Under the pieces are notes generated by a model. It saw only the letters and a program-made list of their open reading frames with translations, was not told the origin of the DNA and ran no database searches. This document shows positions 1 through 10,252 of a stretch of DNA of 64,000 nucleotides, piece after piece; positions within the stretch are counted from its first letter, which is position 1; each line of letters opens with the position of its first letter. The translations under genes and the position numbers were made by a program. Origin of the DNA: a virus (lineage: Duplodnaviria; Caudoviricetes); IMG/VR virus record IMGVR_UViG_3300048583_000043, positions 343-64,342 of that record; one strand, written 5' to 3'.

Positions 1-1
1 T

Positions 2-907
2 CGTATTATCCGTGAACCCCAAATTCAAATCCGCGACTATTCACGCGGTAAGGTAATTCAGCCTCAGGATCTGATCGACGAAGATTACACCCTCGTCATC
101 GACCAAGGCCAAGAGTTTGCCTTCAAGATCGAAGATGTTGAAAAGGCTCATTCGCACATCAACTGGATGGCTCTCGCAACTGATCGTGCTGGTTTCAACC
201 TTCGTGATCGTTACGACGCCGAAGTCCTTGGCTATATGAGCGGCTTTAAGTTTGCCACTGTTGACGCTTCTTTTGCAAGCGTTGCTCGTGTTCTTGCTGA
301 CATGCCCGGCACCCGTGCTGTTGCTGCTGCTGGTGTAGACGAACTTCTGACTTCGATGAAACTCAACCGTGGTTCTTTCATCTCAGCCGGTGGTGACAAC
401 TCAATTCCTGTCGCTCCTCGGTTCCCCGGTGCTCAGACCAAACCCACTGACAACGTTTCTCCTCTTACTATTATGGCTCGTATGGCTCGTCAGCTTGACC
501 TGCAAAACGTTCCTAAAGAGGGCCGTTGGCTCATCATCGACCCAGTGTTTGAAGAGATGCTGAAAGATGAAGATAGCCGCGTAATGAACAACGACTTCGT
601 TGAAAAAGGTGGTCTGAAGAATGGCATGATCGCCAAGAACCTGCATGGTTTTGACATCTACATGTCCAACTCCCTGCCTCGCGTTGGTACTGGTCCTGCC
701 ACTGTCGGTGCAACCGCTCAGAACGCTAACTATGGTGTTCTCATTGCCGGTCATAAGGGTGCTGTTGCCACTGCCGAAAACCTGACCAAAACTGAGACTC
801 TTCGTGCTCAAGATTTCTTCGGTGACATTGTTCGTGGCCTCCACATCTATGCCCGTAAGATTCTTCGTCCTGAGGGCATCGTAACCGCTAAATACAACGT
901 AGCCTAA
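2..907 (+). CDS. Major capsid protein (5' end outside the window)
   Basis: The frame is open from base 2 (RIIREPQIQIRDYSRG...DEDYTLVIDQGQEFAFKIEDVEKAHSHINWM). The C-terminus FFGDIVRGLHIYARKILRPE is typical of podoviral HK97-fold capsid proteins. The scaffold gene lies at the other end of the window. Confidence 0.9.
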   Translation, partial: RIIREPQIQIRDYSRGKVIQPQDLIDEDYTLVIDQGQEFAFKIEDVEKAHSHINWMALATDRAGFNLRDRYDAEVLGYMSGFKFATVDASFASVARVLADMPGTRAVAAAGVDELLTSMKLNRGSFISAGGDNSIPVAPRFPGAQTKPTDNVSPLTIMARMARQLDLQNVPKEGRWLIIDPVFEEMLKDEDSRVMNNDFVEKGGLKNGMIAKNLHGFDIYMSNSLPRVGTGPATVGATAQNANYGVLIAGHKGAVATAENLTKTETLRAQDFFGDIVRGLHIYARKILRPEGIVTAKYNVA

Positions 908-919
908 TAGGAGAAATGA

Positions 920-1378
920 ATGCCAACAATTAACATTCTTAACCGCGTCGCCTCGGGCCAGCTTGATGCTGGCCATATGGCTAACGCTCGTGTCATCGAT
1001 TTTGTGATTGCTCACGGTGTTGATGCTACCATGGGCACTGCTACTGACGATATCGCACTAGGTCTTCTGCCAGAAGGTGCAATTGTCGTAGGTGGTACAG
1101 TGCAACAGGTTGTTGTAGGTACTGGTACTGGCACCCTCGCGCTCCGTGTGGGTACTACAGCCATCACTGGCACCCTAGCTTCCACAGCCGCTGTAAACAC
1201 TGTCGCAGCCAGCGTTCCTGCTGCTATCCCTCTGGTTGTTCCCGCAGGTGGTGCAGAACTCAACCTGCTTGGTGCTACCGCCGTTCGTAACGATGGTGTC
1301 ACTCGTGTCAGCGTTGTTATTGTCGAAGGTGATCGTTCGCCTCGTAGACCCTCTGTAGCCGCAAGAGACGCAGTGTAA
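920..1378 (+). CDS. Putative capsid decoration / minor capsid protein
   Basis: Directly after the MCP with an AGGAG RBS; Ala/Gly/Val/Thr-rich and beta-like; followed by a terminator. Confidence 0.55.
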   Translation: MPTINILNRVASGQLDAGHMANARVIDFVIAHGVDATMGTATDDIALGLLPEGAIVVGGTVQQVVVGTGTGTLALRVGTTAITGTLASTAAVNTVAASVPAAIPLVVPAGGAELNLLGATAVRNDGVTRVSVVIVEGDRSPRRPSVAARDAV

Positions 1379-1386
1379 TAAGAAGG

Positions 1387-1418
1387 GGGGCAGGGGGACG
1401 CCTCCTGCCCCTTTTTTC
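1387..1418 (+). terminator. Rho-independent terminator after the capsid operon
   Basis: GGGGCAGGGGG-ACG-CCTCCTGCCCC stem followed by TTTTTTCTT. Confidence 0.8.
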
Positions 1419-1433
1419 TTGAATGGAGAGAGC

Positions 1434-2120
1434 ATGTACAACTTCCTTGAACTGACAAACGCTGTAAATAAAAGAATGAATGAGGTACTGCTCACTGCTG
1501 CTAATTTTGACAGTGCAACAGGAATTCATTCAGATATTAAAAACTACATCAATCTGGCTATCAACCGTATTGGTCGTGAAGAGATTGAATGGCCTTTCTA
1601 TCATCAGAAGTTTACTGAAACACTAGTAGCTAATTCAGATGGTAACGTGGCTTTCCCCGCGAGTGTTACAAACATCGCCCTTGATACGTTTATTTTGCCA
1701 GCAAATGACACATTAAACGTAGAAACAAAAAAATTAAAACCCCTCGACTACGAGGAATATCTGGAAAAACATTCTTACCAGAATTTGGAACCTGCAAAAT
1801 ATGCAAGCGTACCAGAGTTTGTAGTAAGAACCCGCAATCTAAGCTATATAGTAACTCCACCCCCTGACTCTGCCTACAACATTATTTTTGAGGCATACGT
1901 AAATCCATCCGACCTTGTGGCATGGGACGATGTTCCCGTGTTACCAGAAAGTTTTAAATGGGTTATTGTAGAGGGGGCTATGTATTATGCCTACACCTTT
2001 AAAGGGGCTATTGAAGAAGCAGGGGCTTCAAACACTTTGTTCCAAGAAGGTATTAAACAACTAAGAAAAACTTATATTAACAGAACTGAGTACGTACGTT
2101 CTGCTGTCATTGGGAGGTAA
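1434..2120 (+). CDS. Tail tubular protein A / head-tail adaptor
   Basis: MYNFLELTNAVNKRMNEV...EWPF...DDVPVLPE pattern and position after the capsid genes. ATG 1434 follows GGAGAG. Confidence 0.7.
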   Translation: MYNFLELTNAVNKRMNEVLLTAANFDSATGIHSDIKNYINLAINRIGREEIEWPFYHQKFTETLVANSDGNVAFPASVTNIALDTFILPANDTLNVETKKLKPLDYEEYLEKHSYQNLEPAKYASVPEFVVRTRNLSYIVTPPPDSAYNIIFEAYVNPSDLVAWDDVPVLPESFKWVIVEGAMYYAYTFKGAIEEAGASNTLFQEGIKQLRKTYINRTEYVRSAVIGR

Positions 2121-2122
2121 AT

Positions 2123-3637
2123 ATGCCCATCAATTGGCAAACCTACCCAGTGAAGTTGGAAGGTGGTTTAATCCTTAATGAAGGCAGGATTGAACAGGGC
2201 ATTAATAAGCCAGGAAGTGCTATCTCCTTAGTTAATTTTGAATCTGATGTTGAAGGTGGCTATTCCAAAATTAAAGGGTTTATCAAGTTTGATGATGCTG
2301 CCGTTCCGGGCACTGGACAAATTTGGAGTTCGATTGCTTTATCATCTACAGAAACTCTCGCTTGCAGAGGAAACCAGCATTACTATTCAACAAGGGCAGG
2401 GTGGACTTCTAAATTAACTCTTAGTTCAACACCCATTGGTAAAACTCGTCATTGTCATTATAAATGGTCATCTGCTAGACGTACGGTTATTGTAGACAGT
2501 ACAAATAACCCAGTGTTTTTTGATCATGTAGCAAAAACAATGTCAAGTATGGCCAGCCCTCCTACAGAGGTTCAATCAGCGCAAGGTGTTGTAGAGTTTA
2601 AAAACCATTTGTTCTTCTCAAAGAATAACTATTTGACATTTACAGCCCCTTTCACTGAAGATGATTTTGATGTGGGAGATGGAGCAGGGCAAATCAATAT
2701 TGGTGACGATATCATTGGTATGATTGTTTTTAGAGAGCAGTTATTTATTTTCTGTGCTAACAGCATCTATCGAATTTCAGGCACCAGTTCTTCAAATTTT
2801 AATTTGGACCCAGTCACCACAAACACAGGGTGCGTTTCAGGAGACACTATTCAAGAGGTAGGTGGAGATATTGTTTACCTTGCTCCTGATGGTGTGCGCT
2901 TTCTCAGTGCATCAGAACGAAATAATGATTTTGGTTTAAGCAGGGCCTCTGAAGCAATCCAGAAAAAAGTTGTAAATCTGCTGAAAAACAATAGTGTTTT
3001 TTCATCTATTACATTGCCTGGCAAAAATCAATACAGGTTGTTCTCTTTTTCATCTTCTATCCCCGCTTCAGAAGCTCTGGGCTATCTTGGTGTGTTTTAT
3101 TCCAACCAAAGCAGTTCAATGGTTAGTTGGTCAGAACTTTTAGGATTAAAAGTTTACAACGTAAGCAGGTTTCAAGAAGGTAATAGTGATTTGATTGTGT
3201 TTTGTTCTGATCTAGGGTTTATCTATCAGATGGAAGTGGGTTTTGCTTTTGATGGAGCTCCTATTTCTTGTGAGTTTCAAACTCCTTACATTCCTATTTC
3301 AGACCCTTTAATTAGGAAAACAATCTATTCTCAAACCCTCTATACAAAAACAGAGGGGTTGTTTAGTTTAGATCTTCAACCTTTATTTGATTACAATGTT
3401 GGTTCAATTATACCACCCTCCGTGAGATTTGAGAATTTTCAAGACTCTTCTTTCTGGAATGGTTTTAATTGGAACTCAGGAGTTTGGTCAAGTTCTCAAC
3501 TAAATCAGGTGGATTTTAAAACCAAATTGCTAGGCAGTTTCTTTACCATCTCTTTCAAATACAGTGAAAGTTCGGTCAATCCTGCTTTTAACTTAAACTT
3601 TATAATGTTAGAATACAAAGACAACGATAGGAGATAG
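2123..3637 (+). CDS. Tail tubular protein B / nozzle
   Basis: 504 aa with beta-propeller-like repeats (FKNHLFF, FREQLFIF, TIQEVGGDIVYLAPDGVR); syntenic with the adaptor. Confidence 0.7.
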   Translation: MPINWQTYPVKLEGGLILNEGRIEQGINKPGSAISLVNFESDVEGGYSKIKGFIKFDDAAVPGTGQIWSSIALSSTETLACRGNQHYYSTRAGWTSKLTLSSTPIGKTRHCHYKWSSARRTVIVDSTNNPVFFDHVAKTMSSMASPPTEVQSAQGVVEFKNHLFFSKNNYLTFTAPFTEDDFDVGDGAGQINIGDDIIGMIVFREQLFIFCANSIYRISGTSSSNFNLDPVTTNTGCVSGDTIQEVGGDIVYLAPDGVRFLSASERNNDFGLSRASEAIQKKVVNLLKNNSVFSSITLPGKNQYRLFSFSSSIPASEALGYLGVFYSNQSSSMVSWSELLGLKVYNVSRFQEGNSDLIVFCSDLGFIYQMEVGFAFDGAPISCEFQTPYIPISDPLIRKTIYSQTLYTKTEGLFSLDLQPLFDYNVGSIIPPSVRFENFQDSSFWNGFNWNSGVWSSSQLNQVDFKTKLLGSFFTISFKYSESSVNPAFNLNFIMLEYKDNDRR

Positions 3638-3638
3638 T

Positions 3639-5066
3639 ATGGCTGGTTATACAAGGAGAGACATCTCTAACAACATTGATGCTGGAAAATCTGCTAATGC
3701 TGAAGACCTTGATTTAGAATTCAATGGGGTTGAGGAGGCTTTTTCTGCGTTAAGTGGTCATAAACATGATGGTAGTGTAGGTGAAGGTGCTCCTATCACA
3801 GTAATTGGGCCTGCTCAACAATACGTTGCTTCTGCTAACAGTTTGTCCCCTGCATCAAATAACAGCAGGGATTTGGGAACTACAGGTACAAGGTGGAAAG
3901 ACCTTTGGCTTGCAGGTGTTGCAACAGCCACCTCTTTTATTGGTAATATCACCTCTGCACTAGCTACTATTACAGGCGGTACAATCAATGGGACGAGCGT
4001 AGGAGCCACTACAGCAAGTACGGTGAGGGGTACTACCATCACAGCCACTACAGGCTTTGTAGGGCCCCTTACAGGCGCTGTAACAGGGGATACTACAGGG
4101 GCTCATAACGGAGTTGTAGGCAATGTAACCCCTGCGGCGGGCACATTTACCACTGTCAATGCCTCAGGAGCCATTACTGGAAACTTAACTGGAAATAGCA
4201 CAGGCAACCATAACGGATTGGTCGGCAACGTAACACCAGCCGCAGGGACTTTTACTACCATCAACGCATCAGGTGCTATTACAGGAAACACCACTGGTAC
4301 GCACAACGGAGCTGTCGGGAACGTTACACCTTCCACAGGTGTTTTTACCACTCTTTCGGCCTCTGGTGCATCTACACTCACTGGCTTAGTTACTGGCCCT
4401 GGGGGTTTTACAGGCCCTGTAAACGGCACAGTGGGGGCTACGACACCTAGTACAGGGGTGTTTACTACAATCACCTCTTCGGGCACTGTTACAGGCTCCG
4501 GTTTCTTTGGGCAACTTGGCACCTCTGGGTCAAGACAGCCTGCTTTTGTAAGCAGCATTAATGCCTCCTTGCCATCCACTTTTCAAGACTCTGTGGCTGT
4601 CTCCTCTGGTGATCTGTCTGTCTCCTCTGGCAACCTTATTATGGCATCCGGGACGGTCACAGCTAACACAGCAAACTTTTCTACAAACATCACCGTAAAT
4701 AGCCGTACAGCATATCACAGAGGTAATATTGTTGCAACGGTCGGAGAGTCTGGTGGTATTCCCACAGGAGGTGTTGTCCAAAAAGGTTCAAACGTAAACG
4801 GGGAATTTGTAAAATTTGCTGATGGCACCCTTATTTGCTGGCACTCACTTCTCACTTCTGCCTCGGCAGGTGTTACTTGGACCTACCCAGAACCTTTTAT
4901 AAATAACAGCACTCTCTCAGTTGTAGCAAGCCCTGCTGCCACGACCCCAAGAGTTGCTTGTACGACAGCAATCACTGCTACAAACATTGAGGTGTCTGGT
5001 TGGGACTTAGCCAGTGCAAGACAGTCTTTCACTGTTAGAATGATTGCGACAGGCCGGTGGTTCTAA
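3639..5066 (+). CDS. Tail fibre protein
   Basis: N-terminal anchor MAGYTR...EFNGVEEAF...GHKHDG..GEGAPIT; G/T-rich shaft; C-terminal GSNVNGEFVKFADGTLICW tip module. Confidence 0.8.
   Translation: MAGYTRRDISNNIDAGKSANAEDLDLEFNGVEEAFSALSGHKHDGSVGEGAPITVIGPAQQYVASANSLSPASNNSRDLGTTGTRWKDLWLAGVATATSFIGNITSALATITGGTINGTSVGATTASTVRGTTITATTGFVGPLTGAVTGDTTGAHNGVVGNVTPAAGTFTTVNASGAITGNLTGNSTGNHNGLVGNVTPAAGTFTTINASGAITGNTTGTHNGAVGNVTPSTGVFTTLSASGASTLTGLVTGPGGFTGPVNGTVGATTPSTGVFTTITSSGTVTGSGFFGQLGTSGSRQPAFVSSINASLPSTFQDSVAVSSGDLSVSSGNLIMASGTVTANTANFSTNITVNSRTAYHRGNIVATVGESGGIPTGGVVQKGSNVNGEFVKFADGTLICWHSLLTSASAGVTWTYPEPFINNSTLSVVASPAATTPRVACTTAITATNIEVSGWDLASARQSFTVRMIATGRWF
4100..4470 (+). repeat. Coding tandem repeats in the tail fibre (about 4 copies of HNGxVGNVTP(A/S)xGxFTT)
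   Basis: Repeat units are visible in both protein and DNA, with synonymous divergence. Confidence 0.75.
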
Positions 5067-5067
5067 A

Positions 5068-5292
5068 ATGGAATTGTTTCAGTTTATTCTTGATTACTAT
5101 TTTATTCCTGTTTTAGCATGGCTCGCCTTTCTTCACATGAAACAACAGCAGCATGATGTAATTCTTAGCGTTCTTGAAAGACAAATCAAAAATGATAAAG
5201 AGTCTCATGCTAGTGATATGGACAAATTAAATGAGATGGTTAACCGCATTTATACAAAACTTGACAAGATCGAAGACTTCCTTCGTAAGTAG
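5068..5292 (+). CDS. Small membrane/coiled-coil protein, holin- or antiholin-like
   Basis: N-terminal hydrophobic segment (FILDYYFIPVLAWLAFL) followed by a coiled coil ending KLDKIEDFLRK; immediately upstream of the lysin. Confidence 0.5.
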   Translation: MELFQFILDYYFIPVLAWLAFLHMKQQQHDVILSVLERQIKNDKESHASDMDKLNEMVNRIYTKLDKIEDFLRK

Positions 5293-6091
5293 CCCTTTCA
5301 TTAATGCTATCAACACATCGTTGTTTGCAGGGAAAGCCACTAGTAAACAGATTGAGGGCCTGACCAACCTTTTTCAAGAAACCTCTCATCTTCCTGTAAA
5401 TCAGAGAGCTTATCTTTTTGCCACCACTTATCATGAAACAGCTCGAACAATGCAACCTATTACAGAGTATGGCAGTGTTCGTTATTTTGATAAGTATGAC
5501 ACAGGCAGGTTGGCTGCGGCCCTTGGTAATACTCCTCAAGCTGATGGAGATGGTTACATGTACCGGGGTCGTGGGTATGTACAAATCACTGGTAAAGCAA
5601 ACTATAGTAAAGCCTCAAAAAAACTAGGCGTAGATTTGGTTAAAAATCCTGATCTTGCTCTCAACCCTTCTCATGCTGCTAAAATTTTGATCAATGGTTG
5701 TTTAGAAGGTTGGTTTACCGGGAAAAAACTTTCTGACTATTTAAATAGCAGAACTACAGATTACATCAACGCCCGGAGGGTTGTTAACGGAACTGATAAA
5801 GCTTCGTTAATTGCAGATTATGCAAAACAATTTGAAAAGGCTTTATTAGGGAGTCCTAAAATGGGTTTAGTTAAACAAGCGAGCCTTCGTCCTACAAGAA
5901 AGGTGGCAGCAGTGGGTTGGTCAGCAATCTTTGGCCCCATTATCGCTGCAATTGTTGCTCCATACCTTCCCGGTATGTCAGAGGCATGTGGTGGTGAGCT
6001 AGGTGCTGCAATTGTTGGAGCTGGCGTTGCTGCCTCTCAGGGTGTGCTTTCTTTCATTTTTGGTTATAAAACACTCGAAAGAGCAGAATAA
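5231..6091 (+). CDS. GH19 (chitinase-like) endolysin with a C-terminal two-TM holin-like domain
   Basis: AYLFATTYHET, YRGRGYVQITGKANY and ARRVVNGTD GH19 motifs; hydrophobic C-terminal 76 aa. Start codon uncertain. Confidence 0.85.
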   Translation: MRWLTAFIQNLTRSKTSFVSSPFINAINTSLFAGKATSKQIEGLTNLFQETSHLPVNQRAYLFATTYHETARTMQPITEYGSVRYFDKYDTGRLAAALGNTPQADGDGYMYRGRGYVQITGKANYSKASKKLGVDLVKNPDLALNPSHAAKILINGCLEGWFTGKKLSDYLNSRTTDYINARRVVNGTDKASLIADYAKQFEKALLGSPKMGLVKQASLRPTRKVAAVGWSAIFGPIIAAIVAPYLPGMSEACGGELGAAIVGAGVAASQGVLSFIFGYKTLERAE

Positions 6092-6102
6092 TAGAGGAAT
6101 AG

Positions 6103-7683
6103 ATGGCTATTTTCAAAGGCTTTAACGATGCACAGAAAGAGGTTTTAGCCAGGAAAATGGGCTATAAAGGAGATATGTCTGAATTCCCCTCTTTTATCCA
6201 GAGTAATCCTAAAGCTCAGGAAAAATGGACTGAGTACGAAGACATTGCTAAGAAAAGAATTGAAAGAAAATTTGCATCAGGGGGGGATGTGTCAGGAGGT
6301 GATACATGGTTTGAAGATTATCAAAATCGTCAAAACCCCTCCGTCCCTGATCAACGCCCTCCTACAACTGAGGATACTACCCCGCCTAAACCTAGCACAC
6401 CTTCTAAACCTAACACCACCCCCATCCAATCAGGGTCAATTAACGAGTCGACACAGTTTATTGCTCCTAATATGAATTCTACGGGCTCTCAGTTAGATCA
6501 ACGTATGTTGAACAATCCAGAATCTTTTGTTCCTAACGTAGAAGTTGAGAGAATGAGGGTCAGTCAAAACGAAATCATTAACCCTGCCACTGGGGATGTG
6601 CAAGCTAGAAATCCTATTCAAGCCTCTACAGCTCAAACAGCGACAGCTACAAGTTCTCCAAAGACTGATGCACAAACAGTTACTACAGCCACTAGTACAC
6701 CAGAGGTGAGACAAGAACTAGACGGGCTCCAAGCGGCTAAAGGAACCGTAAGTCAGCAGGCTCAAGTAGAGGCTGCCACTGCTTTGCCATCTGCTAATGC
6801 CACTGTACAAGGGCAACTTGAAGGGTTGATGAAGCAGTTTGAAGGGGGCCAAACCCCTGCGTGGGCTGCTGGCGCTATGAGGATGGCTAACACTATCATG
6901 GGAGATAGAGGCATGGGAGCCTCCACCATGGCTGGAAGTGCCATTACACAAGCTGCTATGGAAAGTGCTATTCAGATTGCTGCTCAAGACGCTGCGACAT
7001 TCTCAGCTTTTGAGATGAAGAACTTGGATAACAGACAACAAGCTCGTCTAATCAATGCTCAAAGTTTTCTCCAGATGGATTTGGCCAATCTTGAAAATGA
7101 ACAGCGCACTACGTTGTTTAAAAGTCAAGGGATGATCCAATCTATCCTTAGTGATACAGCAGCAGAAAATGCTTCTAAGCAGTTTAATGCTTCTAGCCAA
7201 CAGCAAAACGATCAGTTCTTTGCTAACATGAAGACGCAGGTTAGTCAGTTTAATGCTGGTCAACAAAACGCTATGAGACAATTTAACACTGATCAGGTTA
7301 ATAGTGTTAAAACTTTTAACGCTCAGATGTTAGCTCAAAGAGATCAGTTTAACGCCTCTAATAGATTGATCATTGCCCAATCAAATGCTCAGTGGAGACG
7401 CTCTGTAACTACAGCTAATAATGCTACAGTTAATGAAGCTAACAGGATAGAAGCTCAGGCGGCTGTTGGGATGAGCATGGCTGCATACGAGAACATGCAA
7501 CAAAGAGAAAGAGATTTTTATTCTTTTGCTTTTACAGCAGGTGAGAACGCACAACAAAGGGCAGCTAATCTTTTGGAAGCGCAAATGGGGGATAGGAACG
7601 ACCGAAGGAGTGCTATGTACGGAGCCTTAGGTAGTTTGGCTGGTACAATTATACAAAACGTAGCAAGCAAGTGGTTTGATTAG
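6103..7683 (+). CDS. Internal virion (ejection) protein
   Basis: Gln/Asn/Ala-rich helical repeats (QFNA) and position after the tail/lysis genes. Confidence 0.6.
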   Translation: MAIFKGFNDAQKEVLARKMGYKGDMSEFPSFIQSNPKAQEKWTEYEDIAKKRIERKFASGGDVSGGDTWFEDYQNRQNPSVPDQRPPTTEDTTPPKPSTPSKPNTTPIQSGSINESTQFIAPNMNSTGSQLDQRMLNNPESFVPNVEVERMRVSQNEIINPATGDVQARNPIQASTAQTATATSSPKTDAQTVTTATSTPEVRQELDGLQAAKGTVSQQAQVEAATALPSANATVQGQLEGLMKQFEGGQTPAWAAGAMRMANTIMGDRGMGASTMAGSAITQAAMESAIQIAAQDAATFSAFEMKNLDNRQQARLINAQSFLQMDLANLENEQRTTLFKSQGMIQSILSDTAAENASKQFNASSQQQNDQFFANMKTQVSQFNAGQQNAMRQFNTDQVNSVKTFNAQMLAQRDQFNASNRLIIAQSNAQWRRSVTTANNATVNEANRIEAQAAVGMSMAAYENMQQRERDFYSFAFTAGENAQQRAANLLEAQMGDRNDRRSAMYGALGSLAGTIIQNVASKWFD

Positions 7684-7692
7684 GGGGCTTAA

Positions 7693-8502
7693 GTGGATTA
7701 CAAAAAAGCACTAGATAAGCTCAGACAAGAGGTGTTTACAGAGTCTCCTGTCACACAACAGGTTAGGCAATCATCTCTCATCCCGATGAGGACAAAACAA
7801 TCTGCCCCCACAGAGGATATTCTAGCAACGTCTAAAGAATGGTTGCGTTCTATCAGAGCTTCGTCTGAACAACTGAGCAAGAAAAAAGAACGCCCTACTG
7901 GCGGCTTTGCTCAGGGGTTAGCAGACTCAATTAGTAAGCCTGTTACAGAACAACGAGAGGGCAATCAGCCTCCTGAGCAACCTCGACAAGAGGGCCCTAG
8001 TTTTGAACGTCAAGGTAGGAGCCCTTCTCCTGAGGCTCAGTCTTTCCTTTCCATCATGGATAAGCACGAAGGAGGCGGTGACTACGACACCCTATTTGGT
8101 CATTCTCAAAGAGAAGGCCGCACTTTTAATGGTGTGAGAGTTAGTGAAATGACTATTGGCCAGATCAAACAATTCTCTAACCCCTCGGGGGAATATGGCC
8201 AATGGGTAAAGGGGGAATTGGGTAGAATGGGTCTTAGAGCCAGAGTTGCCACCCCAATGGGTCGTTATCAATTTGTAGGGTCTACATTGTCAAATGTTGC
8301 TAAAAGCATGGGGTTGTCAGACGACACTGTATTCACCCCCGAGGTTCAAGACCAAATGTTTGAATACTACTTAAGACAAAATATCAACGAAGCAGATACA
8401 ATCGAAGGAAAGGTTGCTGCTGTCAGGGGCGCTTGGGAAGGTTTTAAAAACGTTCCTACTGAAACCTTAGCCAACCTTATCCAACAATATGAGAGGTCTT
8501 AA
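7693..8502 (+). CDS. Internal virion protein with a lysozyme-like (muramidase) domain
   Basis: HEGGGDYDTLFG...MTIGQI...TPMGRYQFVGSTL...FTPEVQDQM lysozyme-like motif set. Confidence 0.7.
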   Translation: MDYKKALDKLRQEVFTESPVTQQVRQSSLIPMRTKQSAPTEDILATSKEWLRSIRASSEQLSKKKERPTGGFAQGLADSISKPVTEQREGNQPPEQPRQEGPSFERQGRSPSPEAQSFLSIMDKHEGGGDYDTLFGHSQREGRTFNGVRVSEMTIGQIKQFSNPSGEYGQWVKGELGRMGLRARVATPMGRYQFVGSTLSNVAKSMGLSDDTVFTPEVQDQMFEYYLRQNINEADTIEGKVAAVRGAWEGFKNVPTETLANLIQQYERS

Positions 8503-9032
8503 TGAATTTCATGGCCCCAATCCCAGGTCAATCTCTAACGGTAGAACCCGGGAGTGTTCCTTGGGAACAGCCCCCTCAATACGCCTCTGTTGAGGAGGCT
8601 CTTGGGTTTTATCTTGAAATGTTTGACGATGAGGATGTCATTGATGATCTAATGTTTATGCCTCAAGCTGATTTGACATTAGAAGCTATTGTTGATTTTA
8701 TCACTTCTGCAAGTGTAATGAATGGTAAGCACACTCTAGATGTTAAAGTTTTAATTGCTCCTGTTATTCATGACTACCTAAAAACACTATTTGATTCTGC
8801 TGGTGTTGAATACACTGAATTTGAAGGGCCTACTAAAGAAGAGGCAAAGAAAACAAAAGAAAAAGATCGTGTTAAATTTCTTGTTGCTAAGTCTCTTATG
8901 GGGGCATCTGATCCTTCTCAAGAAAATGTTGCCGAGGTAAAAGAAAAAATGTCTGAGGGGAAACAAGAAAGTGTTCAGGAGTCTCTCCCCCCTCCTTCTT
9001 CTAATGGGCTAGTTCCAAGACGAGGTGTATAA
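8502..9032 (+). CDS. Conserved virion-associated protein
   Basis: APIPGQSLT.EPG..PWEQPPQY N-terminus; translationally coupled within the ejection cluster. Confidence 0.55.
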   Translation: MNFMAPIPGQSLTVEPGSVPWEQPPQYASVEEALGFYLEMFDDEDVIDDLMFMPQADLTLEAIVDFITSASVMNGKHTLDVKVLIAPVIHDYLKTLFDSAGVEYTEFEGPTKEEAKKTKEKDRVKFLVAKSLMGASDPSQENVAEVKEKMSEGKQESVQESLPPPSSNGLVPRRGV

Positions 9033-10252
9033 TGGCTTGGGAATCTTTTGTAGAGGGTTTTGCTAATAGTCTTAATGAAGGCACTAAAAGACGTGGTCAA
9101 ATTGCAGATGAATACTTTGCAAAACAATACGAATATGCTACTACTCAAGGATTGGAAAGTCGTAGACGTGTGCAAGAGTCTGTTGCTAATAATGTCAGGG
9201 TGGCAAGACAACTTGAGCAGATGGGGGTTCCTAAAAATGTCATTATGGCCCAAGCTAACGCCAACCCAGATGGTTTGGTAGATTTTTATAACACAGCCCT
9301 TGAACTACAAACTAATGCAACTACCCCCATCACTTCTGATGCTTGGAACGAAATGTATAAAATTGGAGGCTCCTTTCAAGCCCCTGATGAAGATTTTGCT
9401 ACATTCTTTAAAAAGATGTATGGCCCTGCTCTTGAAGCGGCTAACACTGACCCAGAAGGTTTTAAAAGAGACCCGGGTGGTAGTGTTTGGGCTAGGATGT
9501 TCATGTTCAATCCTATTGCTCAAGCACAGGCTCAGTTGGAAGAGACAGAGGTGGCAGATGGTATGAGTGCTGCTGACCTTGTTCGTTATGGGGATCAAGG
9601 GCCTCGTCAAGTAGGTGGGGAAGCTATTGTCACCCCTAATGTTGATGTGATGAGAGATCTTACAGGGGTAGATGAGGTTCTTTCCCCATCTGTTAGACAA
9701 AGTATCGGAGAGGATGTAAAAGCTCGGGTTATTAGCAATATTGACCTTCTTAATGGTGAGTTTACAGAGGAATCTTTTGCTGCTTTAGAGGAGAGGTTGT
9801 TAAAAGACCTTGGGGACATCTATGTCGGTCAAGGAGAGATGGATTTTGTTCAAACTATTCTTAAGCAAGAACTTGACAACCTTAGGAGGGCAAAAGGTCT
9901 TACGGTAGCAGATTCTACAGATGATGAAATTACCGAAGAGGTATTACCTCCGCCCCCGGGTGAAGAACCACCTCCTACAGAAACACTTACACCCCCACCT
10001 TTTTATGATAGGGGATCGGCAGAAAGAAGTATTGAAGAGGGTGAGGCAAACATGAATGAACCCATCATGCCTGATAGTGAACCTGGGATGTCTGTAATCA
10101 ACTTCTTGCATCCTGTAGAAGGCACGCCTATTCAACTACATTGGGTTAGAAACAACCCAGACGGCACTTCTACTTACATTGATGTAGATACTGGTGAAGA
10201 GGTCACAGACCAGCCTTCTAAGTTTAGAGAGATTTCACGAAGGAGTAAGTAA
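9032..10252 (+). CDS. Internal virion protein
   Basis: Long ORF coupled by TAATG overlaps in the ejection-protein cluster. Confidence 0.55.
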   Translation: MAWESFVEGFANSLNEGTKRRGQIADEYFAKQYEYATTQGLESRRRVQESVANNVRVARQLEQMGVPKNVIMAQANANPDGLVDFYNTALELQTNATTPITSDAWNEMYKIGGSFQAPDEDFATFFKKMYGPALEAANTDPEGFKRDPGGSVWARMFMFNPIAQAQAQLEETEVADGMSAADLVRYGDQGPRQVGGEAIVTPNVDVMRDLTGVDEVLSPSVRQSIGEDVKARVISNIDLLNGEFTEESFAALEERLLKDLGDIYVGQGEMDFVQTILKQELDNLRRAKGLTVADSTDDEITEEVLPPPPGEEPPPTETLTPPPFYDRGSAERSIEEGEANMNEPIMPDSEPGMSVINFLHPVEGTPIQLHWVRNNPDGTSTYIDVDTGEEVTDQPSKFREISRRSK

